Both the position numbers and the translations under genes were made by a program. DNA of 64,000 nucleotides, taken from Salinispira sp. (GTDB taxonomy: Bacteria > Spirochaetota > Spirochaetia > DSM-27196 > Salinispiraceae). Under the pieces are notes generated by a model. That model was not told the DNA's origin and searched no databases. It worked only from the letters and a program-made list of their open reading frames with translations. Location: positions 529,921 through 593,920 of the forward strand of contig CBDDDG010000010.1 of NCBI GenBank assembly GCA_965226555.1, given 5' to 3'. This document shows positions 61,023 through 64,000 of the stretch, one piece after another; the stretch's first letter is position 1, and each line of letters starts with the position of its first letter.

Positions 61023-61298
61023 TTAATGCGATCCGTTCCGCACTGTCCGAATTTCCTCATCGCTCAGCCCGGTAATTCTCTGAACAGCCTCGGTCGACAA
61101 CCCTTCCAAAAACATACTGCGGGCCGTTTCTCGAATGCCTTCAACCCGGCCTTTCAGAATACCTTTCTCAATGCCCTCAGCCCGGCCCTTTGAGATACCC
61201 TGCTCAAGACCCTCAACACGGCCTTTCAGAATACCTTTCTCCATACCCTTCGCAATGCCTTCCCTTACGAAGGCGTTGGTTATATTATATGTCCGCAT
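61023..61298 (-). CDS. Putative intragenic RpnS-like small protein
   Basis: GAAGGAGA followed by AAACAAT and in-frame ATG 61298 (MRTYNITNAF). Confidence 0.55.
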   Translation of the reverse strand: MRTYNITNAFVREGIAKGMEKGILKGRVEGLEQGISKGRAEGIEKGILKGRVEGIRETARSMFLEGLSTEAVQRITGLSDEEIRTVRNGSH

Positions 61299-62048
61299 AT
61301 TGTTTTCTCCTTCAGGATATAATTTCCTGTTAATTTTCTCAAACTGTTCATACAGTCCCAAATCTTTTAGATAACCCAGCACACTCTCTGCCAGATCAGT
61401 AAAGTCTTGTGAAGACAGACCGTTCAGGAGCTGCGCAACCTCTTTCAGCCCCTCAGCGTTCATTTTATTGTCTCTCATAATATACCACAACGCAGTTGAT
61501 GTATATCGTTTTCCATCGTAGCGCAATGCCAACTGCTTCTTTGTCATTCGCCCCAGATCGCGCACAATGTACGACACTTTCACCCTGACATCTACCGTGC
61601 CTTCGGTAAGGGATTCGGAAGATGGGTTTTCATGCGAACTGTAAAATGTGAGTGGGAGGTTCCATTTCTTTTTTCCATGGTAGAACAGCAGTATATAGAT
61701 AGCATCATTTTCATTGTACACATTGCTGTTTCTGAGGGCATATTGATAATTATCGATTTGAGTGAGAACGTGTTTATTCAGGTAGCTTTTGTGTTCAATA
61801 ATGAACAGGGCCTTCCGGTCGGGGTCTGAGAGGAAGGGGGCGCTGACAACGAGATCGCAGTGAAGGTTCTTTTTTCCCGCAATGTAGCTGGGGGTTTCAA
61901 TGCGGATTTTGTCCATGTCCAGCTTGGCAAGCGTTGTATCCTCACAGAACAGTCCCAGCAGGTCGGGAATCAGCCGGGGGGTTCTGTAGTAGGCGATCTT
62001 GAAGGCTATGTCGTGGATATGGCCTGTGCTGTGGGATGATTTTTTCAT
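61023..62048 (-). CDS. Rpn/YhgA-family PD-(D/E)XK nuclease
   Basis: HDIAFK, HCDLV, FIIEHKS, LFYHGKKKW, G-x-x-K/E repeats, same C-terminus as the 29941 gene. Confidence 0.92.
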   Translation of the reverse strand: MKKSSHSTGHIHDIAFKIAYYRTPRLIPDLLGLFCEDTTLAKLDMDKIRIETPSYIAGKKNLHCDLVVSAPFLSDPDRKALFIIEHKSYLNKHVLTQIDNYQYALRNSNVYNENDAIYILLFYHGKKKWNLPLTFYSSHENPSSESLTEGTVDVRVKVSYIVRDLGRMTKKQLALRYDGKRYTSTALWYIMRDNKMNAEGLKEVAQLLNGLSSQDFTDLAESVLGYLKDLGLYEQFEKINRKLYPEGENNMRTYNITNAFVREGIAKGMEKGILKGRVEGLEQGISKGRAEGIEKGILKGRVEGIRETARSMFLEGLSTEAVQRITGLSDEEIRTVRNGSH

Positions 62049-62049
62049 A

Positions 62050-62412
62050 AATATTCCTCTTACATCTATAACGGGTAAAAAGTCATTCTTGACTATGTTT
62101 TTGGAAGGGATTTGAAAGAATGTTGTGTTTTTTTCGGGGAGTCGGGAATGGGGGGCTGGTATGCTCTGTGTCGATATACTTTTTGCTCATACCATATAGA
62201 CGGGTAAAATATGAATGGTGAATATGAGAAAGTTTTTCAAAAAGTTTTATTATTTTGAGATATTACTATTGACCTGATCCGGACGCATGGGCGAGCAGGA
62301 GGCGCAGGCATCCGACCAGCCCCGTCTCAGCAACAGTCGCATGGGCGAGCAATCGAAAAAAGGCAGGCACGGGGGCTGGTCGGCGCCCCGCGCCTGCCTG
62401 AGTTGAATTGCA
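62050..62412 (-). repeat. Second copy of the conserved leader block
   Basis: Homologous to 29345-29865; includes family B repeats at 62281-62350. Confidence 0.9.
62356..62399 (-). terminator. Rho-independent terminator
   Basis: Same stem as 29361-29396; loop replaced by the family B fragment GGCGCCGACCAGCCC. Confidence 0.8.
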
Positions 62413-62448
62413 ACGTTTCAATAGCCCCTGCGGGCTATGAAACTACTC

Positions 62449-64000
62449 CTAATACCATGACGGCGTTGTTGTTACGCCGGAATCCCTAAACATATCTGTT
62501 GTGGTTCCGGTGTATTTGCCACTGTCATTGAGCGTCCAATGAGCCCCCCACTCCTCAAGATTTTGATTGAATGCGCTTGCTGTCAGGAACATATAGGACA
62601 TATCCGTTACCGCGACAGGCTCCCATTGGGAGATATTGCCATTAAATAAAGGTAGGTTCTGGAAAATCCTAGACATATCCGTTACTGCCGTGGTAACAAT
62701 GTAGTTGATATCGGCATAGGTGTAGTCGTCACCGGTTTTGCCGGTATCGTTGCCATCGCCAGCAGGATCAATGACTGCTGTGCCCCAAGTTGTTATCCCA
62801 TTATTTACCGCTGTTTTCAGTGCAGCGTTATCAGCAGGACTCACGATAACATAAAAATACTCGGCAAAGAGTATGTCTGTACCTCCAGATTCAGTGCCGT
62901 ATACCAGATATGTTCCTGCCGTTGTCGTCGCGGTAACCGTAACCATGCCGGTACCCGAATCAACTGTCGGAATGGCAACCCCAGCGGGCGTAGTTGCGGC
63001 GGTAACCGTAATGACTCCTGATCCACTAACAGCGAGAGTGCCCGGTTCCACCACGGTTAAAGCAACGGTTGGGCTCTCATTGGTAATAATGGCATTAGCG
63101 GCAGCCGAAAGGTTTACCGTTGCTGCCGTACCCGCGGGAGTCTGTGTCGATGAAATTATTAGTGCCAGCATTTCCGTTGCGGATTCAGACCAGCCGCCAG
63201 TACCCACCGCGTTAACGGCGCGTACCTGTACGTGGTAGCTGGCGCCGTTTGTCAGCCCAGTAATGGTGTGGCTTGTGCCGGTGATGCCGGAGGTAATGGG
63301 CGTCCATGTGGTTCCTCCGTCCGCGCTATGGCGAAGGTGATACCCGGTAATGGCGCTGCCGCCGTCATCGGTTGGCGCTGTCCATGTCGCGGTGATCTGG
63401 GCATTTCCGACTGTGAGCGTGGGAGCAGTTGGCGCGGCAGGAACAGTGGAAGTTGAGAGAGGGGTTGCAGTGGCAGGCTGCGACCATGCGCCAAGCAATG
63501 TATCCTCATTTTCTGCGCGCACCCGTACATCGTACGAGCTGCCGCCTATCAGCCCGGAAATGATGTGGCGTGTAGCAGTGCCGTCATTAATAGTGGCGGT
63601 GTCCGTTGAGTCGTCCGTTGGCCAGCTTGCGGTGCTTAGTTTGTGCTGCACATGGTACGTGGTAATGGCGCTGGCACCGGCGGCAATAGTCGGCATTTCC
63701 CAGGTAACAGTTAGCTTCCCGTTCCCCGCAACAAGGGTGGGCGTATTCGGCGCTGGAGGATGTGATGCGCTTGGTGTTGCAGCGGCAGATGTCGACCAGT
63801 TCCCCGCGCCCTGCGCATTGACCGCGCGCACCCGCACATCGTAACTGGTCGTGTTGTTGAGTTCGGTAATGGTGTGGCTTGTTACAGTACCGCCGATAGT
63901 GGCGGTATCGGTTGTGCCGTCCGCTGGCCAGTCTGCGGTGCTTTCTTTGTGCTGCACATGGTACTCGGTAATTTCGCTGCCGCCGTTATCGGGCGCTGCC
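62449..64000 (-). CDS. FN3-repeat plus DUF285 surface protein (5' end outside the window)
   Basis: At least 3 FN3 domains, short DUF285 block, C-terminus nearly identical to the 48256 gene. Confidence 0.9.
   Translation of the reverse strand, partial: AAPDNGGSEITEYHVQHKESTADWPADGTTDTATIGGTVTSHTITELNNTTSYDVRVRAVNAQGAGNWSTSAAATPSASHPPAPNTPTLVAGNGKLTVTWEMPTIAAGASAITTYHVQHKLSTASWPTDDSTDTATINDGTATRHIISGLIGGSSYDVRVRAENEDTLLGAWSQPATATPLSTSTVPAAPTAPTLTVGNAQITATWTAPTDDGGSAITGYHLRHSADGGTTWTPITSGITGTSHTITGLTNGASYHVQVRAVNAVGTGGWSESATEMLALIISSTQTPAGTAATVNLSAAANAIITNESPTVALTVVEPGTLAVSGSGVITVTAATTPAGVAIPTVDSGTGMVTVTATTTAGTYLVYGTESGGTDILFAEYFYVIVSPADNAALKTAVNNGITTWGTAVIDPAGDGNDTGKTGDDYTYADINYIVTTAVTDMSRIFQNLPLFNGNISQWEPVAVTDMSYMFLTASAFNQNLEEWGAHWTLNDSGKYTGTTTDMFRDSGVTTTPSWY

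Noticed and set aside
1..64000. tRNA or rRNA genes
   Set aside because: No cloverleaf/T-loop or rRNA signatures recognised in the intergenic regions

Overview
Bacterial chromosomal window, most likely from a spirochaete (inferred from spirochaete-style lipoproteins, 'GG-X-E' ABC solute-binding signal peptides and a FlgD/OmpA protein). A backbone of housekeeping and catabolic genes (adenylate cyclase operon, cmk, yicC, murC, murB, cysS, ECF sigma/anti-sigma, TPP-riboswitch thiamine ABC transporter, L-rhamnose utilisation cluster, eda and a second sugar ABC system) is heavily invaded. There are four IS elements with IRs and target duplications (IS5, IS1182, IS30, IS982), two families of short dispersed repeats (an AT-rich ~130-bp triple hairpin and a GC-rich ~42-bp unit) that are caught inserted inside genes, sometimes in frame, and many in-frame tandem duplications. 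The most striking structure is a module present twice in inverted orientation: FN3+DUF285 (BspA-like) surface protein, terminator, GC repeat, conserved ~370-bp leader, then an Rpn/YhgA nuclease gene. The two nuclease bodies are very divergent but their leaders and last ~105 bp are nearly identical, and both carry an internal RBS+ATG for a C-terminal RpnS-like product. One copy has a G21 tract typical of phase variation and sits in a ~5.7-kb island that splits the rhamnose ABC operon. No rRNA, tRNA or CRISPR array was found.
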